Of a stretch of 64,000 nt of DNA, positions 1-13,137 are shown one piece after another; position 1 is the stretch's first letter, and every line of letters starts with the position of its first letter. A model generated the notes under the pieces. It ran no database searches. It was not told the origin of the DNA and saw only the letters and a program-made list of their open reading frames with translations. Where the stretch lies: assembly GCF_001949145.1 (NCBI RefSeq), contig NW_019091362.1, positions 2,902,204-2,966,203 on the forward strand, read 5' to 3'. The translations under genes were made by a program, and so were the position numbers. Source of the DNA: Acanthaster planci. Its lineage: Eukaryota.

Positions 1-43
1 AACAAATTGTTCACAAATTCAATTACTAAAATGTCATACATAC

Positions 44-163
44 AGTGCATGAAGGTCCTCTATCCCAGCATCATCAGGATCTCCAACATCGATATCATGC
101 TCTTTGCGACATTTTAGTAAAAATCTAGCAACAGCCCCCGTTGGTCTGAAAGTAGACGGCATC
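44..163 (-). CDS. Candidate coding exon (unknown product)
   Basis: ccttccag|G ATG acceptor and CT|gtatgt donor; 120 nt. Only one of three frames is open: MPSTFRPTGAVARFLLKCRKEHDIDVGDPDDAGIEDLHA(L). No family recognised. Confidence 0.35.
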
Positions 164-1423
164 CTGGAAGGTACATGTACCCGTACCTAGTCTGCATTCT
201 ACATCTACCTGATTAAGTTTGGCTACTTCAAGTGTTTGAACATATGCAGGGTGTACAAATAAACCTGTGTTCATGAGGGCATGCCTACTGTTCATATCTC
301 AAGGTTATTCCTGTGGAGGTAAAAAAATGCCATTTCAACTGACATGCACATGCATGTGAACTGTTTCCACAAAACCATGACAAAGAAGCAACTATTCATT
401 TTTGACTCAACAGCCTCAAGGTAAGGTTGTCCCAATCTCAGATTTTCAGATGCCATACCTGTGTGTTTTACAGTACATCTCTCAGAAGTCACATTTTTTG
501 GCCCCTCCCCTACGAGTAAAACATCAACGTCTCGCACGTACTAGTACATGCGAGAGAAGCTGTGTACTTCTCTTTCTGGTCAATTTTTTTTTTCAAAAAG
601 AGATTTACTGGGTCTTTCATTATTCACTTGTGTCCAATTCCTGTTTCTCAATTTCATATAACTTAGTCACTAACTGAATCCTGGCACAATTTGAAAGTAA
701 TGTACTCCGTGTAAACAAATTCTAAATTAGCACCTCTCTTTTTCCCATTAATGTACATTTTGTTCTTCCATTGAAACTGATCTTGTTTCTTCTTTTGTCA
801 GACACATACTCTGCTGTGGCTATTCCCTCCTGCTCTGAACCTTAAACCATCAGATTTCTAATTTTCACACAGGCCATTGTCTGAAACCAGGTATTACTCT
901 TCTCTGATAACTACCAAGTGCACATGATGACTTTTTAAAACACAGTTCATGTTAAGGTCCAAGTTATAAATGTTCAGTCATGCCCGTTTGTTGTTGCTTT
1001 CCGCTTCTTAAGTTCTATCACTAAAAAACTCTACCTCAAAAGCAGAAACGCTTCACCAAAGACAGCAACTTTACCAAAAAATGGCAATTGCACTTTGTGA
1101 GTTTGCGGGACCTTTCTTTGTCGCATGCATCTGCAAATTTTACTTGCATCAAACAATTCTCAAGCTGCCGGCGCTGTCGTTCAATATGCATCACCAATAA
1201 AACAGAATGCTTACATCTATCATGGTTGTTATTAAAAAGGACGTTCACTTCAATCCACAACAAACCCCGAATGTGAAAAGAAATTCCAGTTCTACATGTT
1301 TATTTCAACCTGAATATGACAGCTGCACTCATCCACACTGTACGGTAAACAATTTCACAGTCTAACAAGCTATCATATATTATTTTGATGTTTTGCAAAA
1401 TCCAAGGGAGTGAAAAAGTTGAT

Positions 1424-1623
1424 CAGGGTTCATGCTCCTAAAGGCCAATTAATTTCCATGACTTTTCCACAATGTTTGCACAACCAAATTATGAAAATCC
1501 ATGACCTAATAACGCAATTTCTTGGAGTATTTTATGCATTATTTTATACATCTATTTCTGATGACAGAAATCAGACCCAGTGTTTGAAAAATTTCATGAC
1601 TTTTCCAGACCGCAGCAAGCCTG
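1424..1623. mobile_element. Degenerate hAT-like non-autonomous element (CAGGGTTC terminus)
   Basis: Starts CAGGGTTC and carries repeated (T)CCATGACTTTTCC-like submotifs. A related fragment at 27299-27435 ends in GAACCCTG. Confidence 0.45.
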
Positions 1624-2415
1624 TTAATGATTTTGAGGCCCTTATGTCTATTTACACCAATAATAATTTTTAGAAAGAGTTCAATTTAAAAACTTCACTG
1701 GTGTGTAACTTGGCAATAAGTTTTAACGTTTTGAGATCTTGTCATGAGCAAATCAACAATTCAATCAAATCACCAAATCACCTGTCAATATCTTCCCTGA
1801 TAACCTCCCTCACATCAACCTTAAAGACACTTGGCAAAAAGAACAAACAGGCACACTTTCCAATTACCAATTTTTGTGATAGATGCGACCCATTCATCCC
1901 TCTTTTCAAAACTCAGATCCTGAGTGAACCTCGCTGGGCATCAACTTCAAACAAAAGATCATCTGACATATCCAGATAACCTATGGAGACACTAATTTTT
2001 CCTTTGAAAAATGTATCTGTTAAATGGCATCACATACATGTCTTAGGCTAGCTCATTTGTGTGACTGCATTAGTCATTGGCATTTCTGTCCCAGTACAGT
2101 GAATCCTTGAGAAACCCCCAAGACGGGGAGAAAGAGAGACAGAAAAAAAGGCCTTCTTTGTGATTCAAGACTTGATGCGACTGAGTAACCAAAGCATAAT
2201 TTTTTAATGGCCTAAGCCTAAATTCTAAAAAAAAAAAAAAGAGGGGGGGTTGAGGCTTTGCTTCAGGATTGATTGATTGAGCGGCTGGTTCAAGTGCACT
2301 TTTCCCAGGCTTGCTCCATTATTAAGCACGGGGGTGGCAGGGTGCATTTTCTGTACTTCCTGTTTTCATTACAGTTGGAAAATCATAATGAAAGCCAGTA
2401 AATTACTTACAAATG

Positions 2416-2504
2416 TCAGCATTTCACGAATTAAATTCATCTTTTGAAAGCAAAAGCACGAATCAGCATTTCATGAATCAAATTTGCCTCTTGAAAGCAA
2501 TATC
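2416..2504. repeat. 47-bp tandem duplication (2 copies)
   Basis: TCAGCATTTCAYGAATYAAATT...TTGAAAGCAA at 2416 and 2463. Confidence 0.8.
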
Positions 2505-4029
2505 AGGTTCATCAAAATTATTCCTTCAAGGGCATGCAACCCTTCCCTTTGAAGAAAAAATCTTTAATTTTTCTCAAAACTGTAGGAAAAATAAATAAAC
2601 AAAAAGATAACAAATTTATTCTATGCGGGTATCGGTACCCGTATGTGTGTCTGTGATAGCATGTTTTTGCATGCAACTAACTCCCCCCATAACAAATAGC
2701 TTGGTTTATTTGTTATTTCATTCTGTTACAATAAGGTGTCTGCCGCTTAATGCAAGTCCTTACAAGACATCTGCATGGTTTGAAAGTCGGACAGAATAAA
2801 TCCTCCATCTGTCATACATTTTTTTTTCTAGCTACTGATGACAGATTAGAAAAGGCATCCATTTTATCAAGCCCTCCTGAATAATGAGTGGAAGCATTTC
2901 GGATTACCATCAATTCAGTCAGTCAGTTGACCAAAGCTGCCACTCATTATCAACTTAGAGTGGCCACTGGCCACTGAACAGGATATTAAATTTTAATCTG
3001 TCATTTTCTTGTTGAAAACGGCTCTCAAACCCAGAGAAAAATTACGCCCCCCCTGGACATCCATGAGCCCATTTCATCTCTTCTTTTTTTTTCCAGACAC
3101 GTCAATCCTCCCTGAACACCCCCCCCTCCCCTTTTTCCCATCCCATCTTCAGATCCTCAAACTCTGGACTAGAGGCATGACCAGCCTGGGGAAAAAAGTG
3201 AACGGAATACTTATCCTCTGTTTCTTTTTTGGTGGGGGGGGAGGGGGAATCTTGAGTCTCTCTATGTTTGCCAAACTTACAGATGTCCCCCTTAGGTATG
3301 TATGCACTGAAAACTGTCAATGCGAGTGATAGAGTGAATGACAAAACATTACGGAGGCAAATAGTTTGGAGGTGGGCTGATTTTAGGTAATGGTACTTTT
3401 CACTGCCGTTGCCCTGGAGCCAAACGTACTGGCAATACCGTCTATTTGCGGCAACTGAATTAATTTTCCTGGGGGGGGGCAGTGGTGTGAGATTATTAAA
3501 TGTCCAACTATTCTTTATAGTCTAGTATCCAATCTTTTCATCACATCTCCAACAAAATTGCACAGGGAGGCATTATATGTATATCCTCCATGCAGCATGT
3601 ACACTGCATGATACAAGTATGGTATGCTCCTATTTTGAGGGATCTAAACTTGGATTCCTCTGAGACAAGGGTGGGGGAAGGCTCTTAAAAACAAAAATCA
3701 CACAAGCAATGATGAAACAAACCAATGATTGCTGATTTCTAATTTCATATCAAAATCATTATTTTCCCTTGTGGCATCATAATAAAAGAGACTTGTTGAC
3801 GCATTCAGAAACACAGAATAAATGACCAATTACAAAGCCAATTTCAAAACCCAGAGTATCTCAGTGCAACCAAGATACTGACAAAACACATACATTGGAA
3901 CCGGGCTGAAACAAGAGTTTGATCTCAGGAAAAAAACAAGTAAATGAATAGACCAAGGCTGATCAACAAATCTGTACTGGCAATATCTTGCCAGATTTTC
4001 CAACTATTTCAATCAAACTTCTACACTTC

Positions 4030-4211
4030 AAAGTGGCTGGTTCAATTGGAAAACTACATCCGTACTGCATGCAATTTTGTGCCCTACCAGTACATTTTGT
4101 TAAACCTACAATATGTTTGCATATGAAACAGCCAGCCAAAATGCCAGAATATTGAAGCTACAATAGTCTTTCACCCCTCTCTCACAGCTGGAAAACTGTC
4201 TCTCATAAAGT
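4030..4211 (+). repeat. Dispersed repeat, copy 1 (copy 2 at 6382-6542)
   Basis: Collinear blocks AAAGTGGCT, ACATCCGTAC.GCAT.CAATTTTG.GCCCTA, ATATGTTTGCA.A.GAAACAG..AGCCAAAATG and GCTGGAA.A.TGTCTCTCATAAAGT. Confidence 0.8.
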
Positions 4212-5769
4212 ATACATGGGCAATTGCAGAAATTAGGGGTCCATTTTTTGTGAGTGTTCATGTCACACCTGTCACATTTTGTAATTCCCAAGAGTGTAGA
4301 ATTAATTAATGCAAATTACCTGGACATCTTTAACAACAAACATGACAGTTTTATGCAAAAATGCTAGACCAGCAACCAGCCTGCATATACTAATGAGCCT
4401 GTGTTAGTTTCTAAAAAAGCACAGGGACACAAGATTTTAGACATCTCACATCCACATCCTGATTTGATTCAGATGATCCCTATGACGGTGTTGCCATGGC
4501 ATTTTTCCTGGGTAAAGGAAGTTGCACTGGCAGGTAACATTAATGCTTTGAAAAGCAACACCATTTTAGATGCATAATGGTGCAAGTCAAAAAAAGACAA
4601 AATACACACGGTGGACATGGGCCCCTCAAAGACACAGTGTACAAAAGCTTCTCAGCTTAACAACATGCGCTTTGATGTACCGATTGCTTTAAAAGCTTTC
4701 CCATTCAGTTAACATCATCAAAGGACCCATTTGAGAGCCCTGAAAATAATTGCTGGCAACATAAATGGTGCAACATCATTTTCATAATGGCAATGTGAGA
4801 GTGTACGCGAAATCACTGATTTAGTTGTTAAGGTAAAAAGAGACAGAGCTCAAGCATGCCTGGGGAGTTGATTACATTTCATCGCCGACGGACAAACAAA
4901 TGTCATTTAATAACAAAACAAATTTGCACAGATCACAACACAACCAAGAGAAAAGCTATTCTGCATTTTTGTCACCTGTGCGGAATCAATCACCCGAGAT
5001 TCTGGTCAAGTGTTCAGCCATTAAAAACATGCTATTATCAATTCAGTGAAAATGTCGACAAAAGAGTGATGTTCTGAAGTTTTGTGCTTTTGCATGTACC
5101 TTGGCAACATAAAATTCTTAATGGATAACAACAATCACTTTCTACGCACGAAAAAAAAAATCAAACACACTGTTCATCTCCGGCATCATACACATGGGGA
5201 TTATAACGAGTCTAATAATCAGTGTCACACAAAGGAAGGCTATCCACTTTTGGGGAGACTGGGCCAACCACACCACATGGTCCACATTATTCTATTCTTG
5301 ACACCCACTACACCGGGGATACGGCTCAAGCTATCGGCTCAAGCTACCATACGAGCTTCTCCTGGGGTTACACTGCGGGAACAACGGGTGGGTAATCTCC
5401 ACAACCTCAGGGCGAAGGCATATCAGCCCCTAATAAGATTGAAATCTTCTATACAGCTCTGACCCCATTTTTTTATGCATTTTACTTCTTTTCTTTCTTT
5501 TTTTTCTCTCTCTCTCTCTCTTTGGGTCCATTATGGGCCACTCCCACGGAAAGTCCTGTTTAAACATGCACATTGTCTGAGGGTAACAGTAGAAAAAGTT
5601 GTACTGTTTGTGGTGAGTGAGGAAACGGCACTGTGAAAGATATGTACATCACATGCCTTGGTTGGCGGTTTGCCGAGTTTGTTTTCTTCACCACTAAAAT
5701 GGCCAATAGTTCTCTCGGGATACTTGTCAAGGAGTGCTTTCATTTTATTGGCAACCTCTATATATAGAC

Positions 5770-5817
5770 GTGTACCAATGCTACACTTATTCCGCGTACC
5801 AATGCTACACTTATTCC
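5770..5817. repeat. 24-bp tandem duplication (2 copies)
   Basis: GYGTACCAATGCTACACTTATTCC twice, with one mismatch. Confidence 0.95.
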
Positions 5818-6381
5818 TGCATGTATGCATTATGCACTGCAGGCCAACATGACTTTGACAGCTGGGTGGGGGAGGGCGTTAGTCTGTGTACACATACTTG
5901 CTTATTCCAAGTCGGAGTGGAATGCTACAATACAGTAATCAGAATTGAAATCGGGCAGGGTAGATACTCTCATCACATGCATCTGTAAAATGGTGCACGT
6001 CGGAAAGTTCGGGGCTCTTGGATGGACTCTACCAATTTGCAAACAAACGTTTGTTTGATCCCACTGACAGTAAATGCACTTTATTCATGAGACGGCCATA
6101 TTGAAAGCTCGGGAAGTTAACCCCTCAGTTTTGGAACTTGAGAGGACCAGCATAAATGAAGTAATCAAATGAAATGAATGAAATGAAACGCTGATGAATA
6201 CAGTGCAGTCTCAAATTTCTGCCCAAACATATCTATATGTTTGAAGCCAAATTTTAACAGATTTTGAAAGGGGAGCGTTGAATGCCCGCCAGTTATCAAT
6301 CAGTCTGGTTCAACTACTGTCAGGTTTATTTCAAAGCCTTCCTTTTTCTAGTTGTACCCGCACTTTGTATAAAAATGCCCT

Positions 6382-6542
6382 AAAGTGGCTATGAAAATTG
6401 ACATCCGTACGGCATTCAATTTTGAGCCCTAATTTCAACGGATCCACGATATGTTTGCACACGAAACAGAAAGCCAAAATGTTGGAATACCACAGCTAAA
6501 ACGTTCGTCTTCCTACCGCTGGAACAATGTCTCTCATAAAGT
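6382..6542 (+). repeat. Dispersed repeat, copy 2 (copy 1 at 4030-4211)
   Basis: Same collinear blocks as 4030-4211. Confidence 0.8.
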
Positions 6543-9500
6543 GTCCATTCCTGGTTTGTCATAATCATGGACGTAATATCCATAAATACTGTTTTGACAC
6601 TTTTGACACTAAAGAACACTATTCAAAGCATACAAACGAGTAACAGAAGGGCTAAGGCTACAAAAGCAAAAGAGGAGACCAACAAATAATTAAATTCAAA
6701 TGTTTCACAGAAAAATTCCTGTGAATGTTAATTTCTGCCGTGTCATTAAATCCAAGCCTCCTATGCAGAGCCATACTGGTAGGAGGCTACAGGAGAAACA
6801 TGCTGGTACATGTACATGTAAGATCCTATTAATTAGCGTACCAGGGTTTCAATGTGCAGATTTCAAAACAGCACCTGAAAATTTATCGTACTTTAATAAT
6901 GAACATTTTTACAGCCACAGCTTTGTCTAAATGCAGTACTAAATATTATCCATTTTTCTTGACAACTGAACAGAATCACCATAGAAGTGTGTAAATAATT
7001 GCCATTCTATTATAATGGCAGCCAATAGCTGGAATCCTGCGAATGGAGGTTTTAAGTGGTCCAAATTAAGTCACTGTCCAATTGTTGGACAGAAAAAAGC
7101 AACTACACGTACACTGTATGTCGCATTCTCTGGTACATGTACATGTACAGGTCTCTGGCTCATTGCTATAGCAACAGGCTCAAATGCTTTTAACCCACTC
7201 ACTGAAACTCATTCTGGTTCAAACTGCCGTACAACAGTCATCCACATTCTCCAATTCAAACATGACATTTTTTTTACATCAAATGTTGAATACTTTATGC
7301 TCAATACATGTACAGTATATACATGTATATATCACACAACAAGCCACTGGACGTGGAGCTGCGCCTCTGATGCAAAAGTGCTTGCAACCCCAGAAGAAGT
7401 TACGCCCGCCTCTAAAACAATGATGAATGAGGCTACTGGCTGTATAGGGGGTAGAGCGCTTGATAGATTAAACCTTTGAATCAACTGTCTACAGACAAGG
7501 CAACATCTCACCCAGTTCGTGTAAGCCTGATGTTTTTTTCACTGACACTCTGTCCCACTGAGCTAAAATTTAGCAAAATGCACAACGATGTTTTCATGAA
7601 ATCTATCAAAGCATAACTAATGTCTGAAAACGGAACCACCTGCATGTAATATGACAAATATGTATGCATTTTTTCAAAGACACAAATAAGTTTTACTTCA
7701 GTTTTGTAAGCTGTTTAAGTAGGTTGTTTCTGACGTCACAACTCAGAAACATTTTGTTTTATATGACCAGAGATTATAGCTGCATGCTCATAAGACCAAA
7801 TTGCCAAAATGCTTGACCCTGGACTGATGACCAAAGCTGTGCAGGACGGGTGAAGTCCTGCAGAAAATTCAAACTGCCACTTTTTTTCACAGATGCAGCA
7901 AATATGATGCATGGAAAACAGTAACACAAACATAACAGAACACACAAAAGAATCTGGCCATAAACGGCGTGCAGGATTTCATACCCACTCTTACAGCTCA
8001 TAGCTCCAAATTCCAAAGCTTGTAGAGTGCTGCTGTACAGATCATGGGCTACTGTGAAAGACCTAACCATTGGACTTATCTTTTCAGTGAGTGGGGTTTT
8101 TTTTTGGGGGGGGAGGTAAATATGACATAAATGTAGAGCATAAAGTAATGGCCCACCAAGAAATGCATGCTGAGAAATGAAATGTTTGCACTTTATGTTT
8201 GCTCACATTCTGTTGAAGAAGCTCTGCTTCCTCATCAGACCCACATCTCAAAGAGAGGGGGGCGGCTGCTCCCTTCAAAGCGCTAAAGAGGAACCCAAAT
8301 GCATCAAGGTGTGTGACCTGACCTCCCCTCCCCCTCAACTTTTAAGCATGACTTTACTCAACTTGGGAATCGGGCTGTAACAGCCACATGGCAAACAGGG
8401 GATTGGCCCCGCCACATTCTGTAAAGTTCCGTCTTCACAACTTGTCCTAAAAGGTGTGAAATATGGGCTGACACCTCTTGGGGCAAACTCTCCCTGTCAC
8501 CTAAAAACAAGGACCCATTAGAACAACCTGCAAAGTCTAGTTGGGGCTGCTTGTGCAGAAATATGGACAAGTCTGCTTGCTGGGGCCAACCACATTTATA
8601 AGCATTCACGAGTCAGGAGCTCAAACCAATAGACTATGCAGCAGCCGCGGTACGCCCCGTCCACAGAGCCGGCCGGCCATATTTGTAGTTAGTGCCTTTC
8701 AGCTTGTCCTACAAGCACATGAATAACACAGGCTGACATTGCCCAAGGGGGAAAGTGCCCCAGAGAAGAAAAAAGTCGGAGTCAGATGGAATAAAGGTTG
8801 ATGGGAGACAGAACGAGGGGGTGAACAAAAGTACTAAAATTAAAAAGGTGTGACCTACCGGTGGCCAAAATTTCCCAGTTTTCAGGTGCATGGAAGTAGA
8901 AGCACAAGCTACAGGTAGTCCACCTACTGTTCGCCAGCCCTACATAAACTTGTCTGCTCAGAATCAATGTTTGCCAGGCAGTCACAGATACCAAGGCACA
9001 GACAGACAAGAAAGAGAGAGAGAGAAAAAAAAAAAAAACACGACAATGGTCGAAAGACAGCCTCCCCCTATGGTTGGTGAAACAGAGCGTAACATTCCAT
9101 TTGTGAAATATGGATGGCACTATAGAATTCATTTAACCAACCATTCAATTTCTTTCTTTTTTGGGGGTGGGGGAACGGTGTGTGTGTGTGTGTGTGCGCG
9201 CAGCACAATTTACATGTACCTTGCTCAGTCGTGCACAAAAACAGGCCTCCTGTCCTTTCAAAGTTAAGTTTCCGTTCCACCTAGTCTCAGCTTGGGTTTT
9301 ACAGTGTATTAAATTAGACAATCTCAAGGCAATGTGAAACATTCGAACAAAAATCGCACCCAGCCAAAATGAAGGGGAAAAATGCTGATAGAAAATGCCA
9401 CGCATTGTGAGAACAGAAAGATAGTACCTGTTTACATTGTGTAACATGTCAGGTACATTTGCGTTTCAGCTCCTCCCAGGGCAAACCAGAAATAGAACAA

Positions 9501-10611
9501 TTAAGAATTTCAACTTCAAACTTCGAGAAAAAAATCATGGCAACATTTTTAATGACAAATTGGAGACTTGAACTGACTTTCTTGTTTACTAGTAATCAGT
9601 TTAAAACGTGTTATTACCCTCATAAAAAAAAAGGAAAACGAATTCCAAAAATTCAGACACTGACACAATTAATTACAAAACAATCATTCGATTAAAAGCC
9701 CGTAAAACACAATTTTCAATTCTTCATGGTGCCCCACAAAGACCAGAAGCACATAACGCATTTTTTATAGTCCAACCATACCTACATTATAAATATGAAC
9801 ACAATATTCATATCCTGGCTGCAAGATTTATGACTTTGAACTAAATTTACAGACATGTGCACATAAAAAAAAAAAAACCTCCGCGCACTCACACCACAAT
9901 CACATAAAAAGGCTTGATCTTTTCCTCTCCTCAAAGTGAACAATGGATCCTTCTTCCCACAAAGTCACCTTATTCATCAGTTTCAGTTCCCCCAAACTCT
10001 GTCACCAAAACTGGAACGATCAAACAAAAATGCACTTGCTTCTCTAAACCCCTTGAGTCACACACAACAAATACAGGCCTGCTGCTGTCTGTGGGCTTAT
10101 TGGTTGATTACATGTACATGTTGGTGCTCTTCTACATTGGCCTTGACCGATACAATTTCCCAATATGAAAGTGTTGCTCATTTGCTGAGGTCCACTGTGG
10201 GCGGTAAAGCAGTATCAATCATTACTTGGTCCAGGGTACATGGGCCACTCTATAGATGTGTGTACGTTTATTTTTTCTATCCCAGTTGCATCTGACCTGT
10301 TCAATTTGACAAAGAATTTATCATTGGAATTGACTTTTAAGTTTAGTTTAAAAACTATATTTATTGGCTTGGGAGGTAATATGCATTAGTTAATCACTCT
10401 TGGAAATTAAAGAATGTGTTATAAACTTACAAATCAAATCAAATGTAACAGGGACAGGAATAACGGGACCGATATTTACAGAATGACCTACATGTGTATC
10501 TACATGTACCAATGACCTACTTTCATTATCACGCAATATCAACCGTCACATAGTCTTCATCAGGCCAGGCATGACAACTTACAATTGTTTTTGCCCCGAC
10601 AGCTTCCCAGA

Positions 10612-10627
10612 CCAGGAGATGGCGCTG
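10612..10627 (+). promoter_or_regulatory. CTCF-like motif
   Basis: CCAGGAGATGGCGCTG is close to the CCASYAGRKGGCRS consensus. Motif match only. Confidence 0.4.
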
Positions 10628-12397
10628 TAATAAAGCAATGTTTTGGGTCTGAAATGACATGTACCGTAAGCAAAGGTTACCAGAAAGGGAAAATGGACAC
10701 TTCTGTTTGTATTTGCATTTGTTTCACTTGCATCTGCTAACACCCAATGGGAGTCATCCAATAAGAAATCAGCTGATGATTGGTATCACATCAAACTTAT
10801 AACTGATAAATCACAAATGAACTGTGAGGGGTCACCATGTCTAATCTGTTTGACTGCACATTAAGAAAGTGTAACCACAGGCGATGGCTAATCAATCACA
10901 TCTTGCACCAATGTCAGTCCATAATTTGCATACAGCCAAAAGCGCTGACTTTTGGCTACCGACTGTCCTTCAGGGTGTGAAGAATGCTTTCAGTGCCCAA
11001 ATCATAACCTTTTGCCACAGAGATGAGCACACAGGGAAATATACATGTACATGTATATATCTTTCAGGCCAGTTTGAAGTCACTCGAGAATTGGGGCTTT
11101 AAAACGAGGTGCATGTAAAGAAGAACTCAAATTACATTAAACAAAAACGGTTGAATTTCCTCTTAATAAATCAAGTGATAGAAAACTTGTGCATGAAGTA
11201 TTATGGACGGAAATAGACTCCATAGAGGAAGGTTTGAGAGGCTGAGGACACGTACAATGTACTTCAATAATTTACTAAAATTGTGGGAAAAGAAACTTGG
11301 TTAAAACTGAAAGTAAGAATGTAGGCCAAGGTGGTCTTTTGAATCTCTGGAATTAGAAACTCTTTTAATATTTTATACCTTTCTATTTAATTTGGAGATG
11401 TACCGTGTATATATATATCAGTAACTCTGCCCTTTGAAAGTTCCAATCCTAAATAGATGGACACACGCTGTGGTCCAAAAAGTGCAGACCCATCATTAGT
11501 TTGTGCAAATACATCAGTCAGCATGTGGATAAAAAGTGCAGGCATGAATGTCACGGCCGATGAAAATATGCATCATGCAGCCCATCACCGGCAGGAGAGA
11601 CGAAGATTTGCACAAAGTAAGCCGCGATCCCGGCCAGCAAATGGCAGGTAATTAGTGCCTGGGGTGGCCATTAACATGAATGGAGACTGCGGCATTAAGG
11701 CCCAGGCTGAGTTAACGAATCGTGAGGCTAATAGTAGTGCTGTTCAGTTCACACGAATTAGCCAAGTGCACTGGCGCTGGCCTAAATACATACATATGCA
11801 TACATTACTTGCACATGATGCACAACGGACCCTCCCCTACGAGGCAAGTCCACGTGTATCTCCCACTGCAAAGTCGTTTCAATAGATAGACTGCCACCTA
11901 CCTACCAGCAGAAGTCCTTTGAAAGGGGAACACCGCAAGCACACACAAATGTACATATACCTGTATGTTCTTAATGACTGCAAAACTTTAATTGTAACAG
12001 ATGGTAGCCACTCAGGATAAAGAAATACCCTCCAAATTTTTGGTTTCCAGCAGAAACCAAAAGTTCAAATATTACAATTCAAAGTCTAACCCAGGAAAAT
12101 TAAAGGCCTATGTGAAGAGTTCCATACCCAGGCATCACTTGAAATCACATGTGAATGCTTCAATATTTTCCCTTTTCACTTTTTGAAAGCTGATACGTTG
12201 CTACAGGGAAAAAAAAAAGTGACGTCTGGAATTCCTCCAAAATAAACACCAACTGTGGAGGTAATATCAATTGGAAAAAAAGCTTTACGTGGCAACAATG
12301 TTCAATATGTCATCCTAATTGCAAGTAAATATGCCATGTGTTATGCAAATTTCACCTTTGATGATGATTGAGAGAATTCGTTCTGAAGTTTGTATAA

Positions 12398-13137
12398 GGG
12401 CAATTCCATTGTTATGGACGCTACGTTTTATGCAACTTCCAAGTGTCAGTTGATAAACAAATTAACTTGTGGTGCATATTAAAGAAACTTTGTTTTAGCT
12501 TCACGAATTAGCCACAATCGTGAGAAATGAATGTTACGGAAATTAGGGGGTTATGACATAGCTTTTAGACCTTCGGTGCCTCAAACTGCAGGTTACGACA
12601 TAGCTTTTAGACCTTCGGTACCTCAAATTACGGGTTACGACATAGCTTTTAGACCTTCGGTACCTCAAATTACGGGTTACGACATAGCTTTTAGACCTTC
12701 GGTACCTCAAATTGCGGGTTACGACATAGCTTTTAGACCTTCGGTACCTCAAATTGCGGGTTAGGACATAGCTTTTAGACCTTCGGTACCTCAAATTACG
12801 GGTTATGACATAGCTTTTAGACCTTCGGTACCTCAAATTGCGGGTTACGACATAGCTTTTAGACCTTTGGTACCTCAACCGAAACTGTATGTAAAGTTGC
12901 TTCCTTTAGATTTTTATACAAACTACGTTGCAGTTGGTCTCAGTCTATTTTTTCTAGGCATGACTTGAAAGACAGACAAAAGTACCCCTGTGAAGTCCAA
13001 ATTTGTTAATTAAAGCTGTTACAGACATCACATTTTATGTTAATGACGTTACATGTATAGAAATGTACACGTAAAGAAAACAAATGTTAATAAGGAATTA
13101 TTTTACTGATCATAATTTTCCATATATGGTATTGCCA
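12398..13137. mobile_element. Putative PIF/Harbinger-like non-autonomous element hosting the minisatellite
   Basis: Left end TAA|GGGCAATTCCAT (12398); degenerate inverted right end ATGGTATTGCCA|TGA (13126-13137). The terminus resembles those at 4218 and 51380. Confidence 0.4.
12549..12878. repeat. 42-bp minisatellite, 8 copies (last one partial)
   Basis: Unit GGTTACGACATAGCTTTTAGACCTTCGGTACCTCAAATTRCG starts at 12549, 12591, 12633, 12675, 12717, 12759, 12801 and 12843, head to tail with few substitutions. Confidence 0.98.

Noticed and set aside
12549..12878. CRISPR array, or a repeat protein (GYDIAFRPSVPQIT)n
   Set aside because: The units are contiguous and near-identical with no unique spacers, there are no cas genes, and the context is eukaryotic. 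The ORFs arise only because 42 is divisible by 3, and one unit has an in-frame stop on the + strand.
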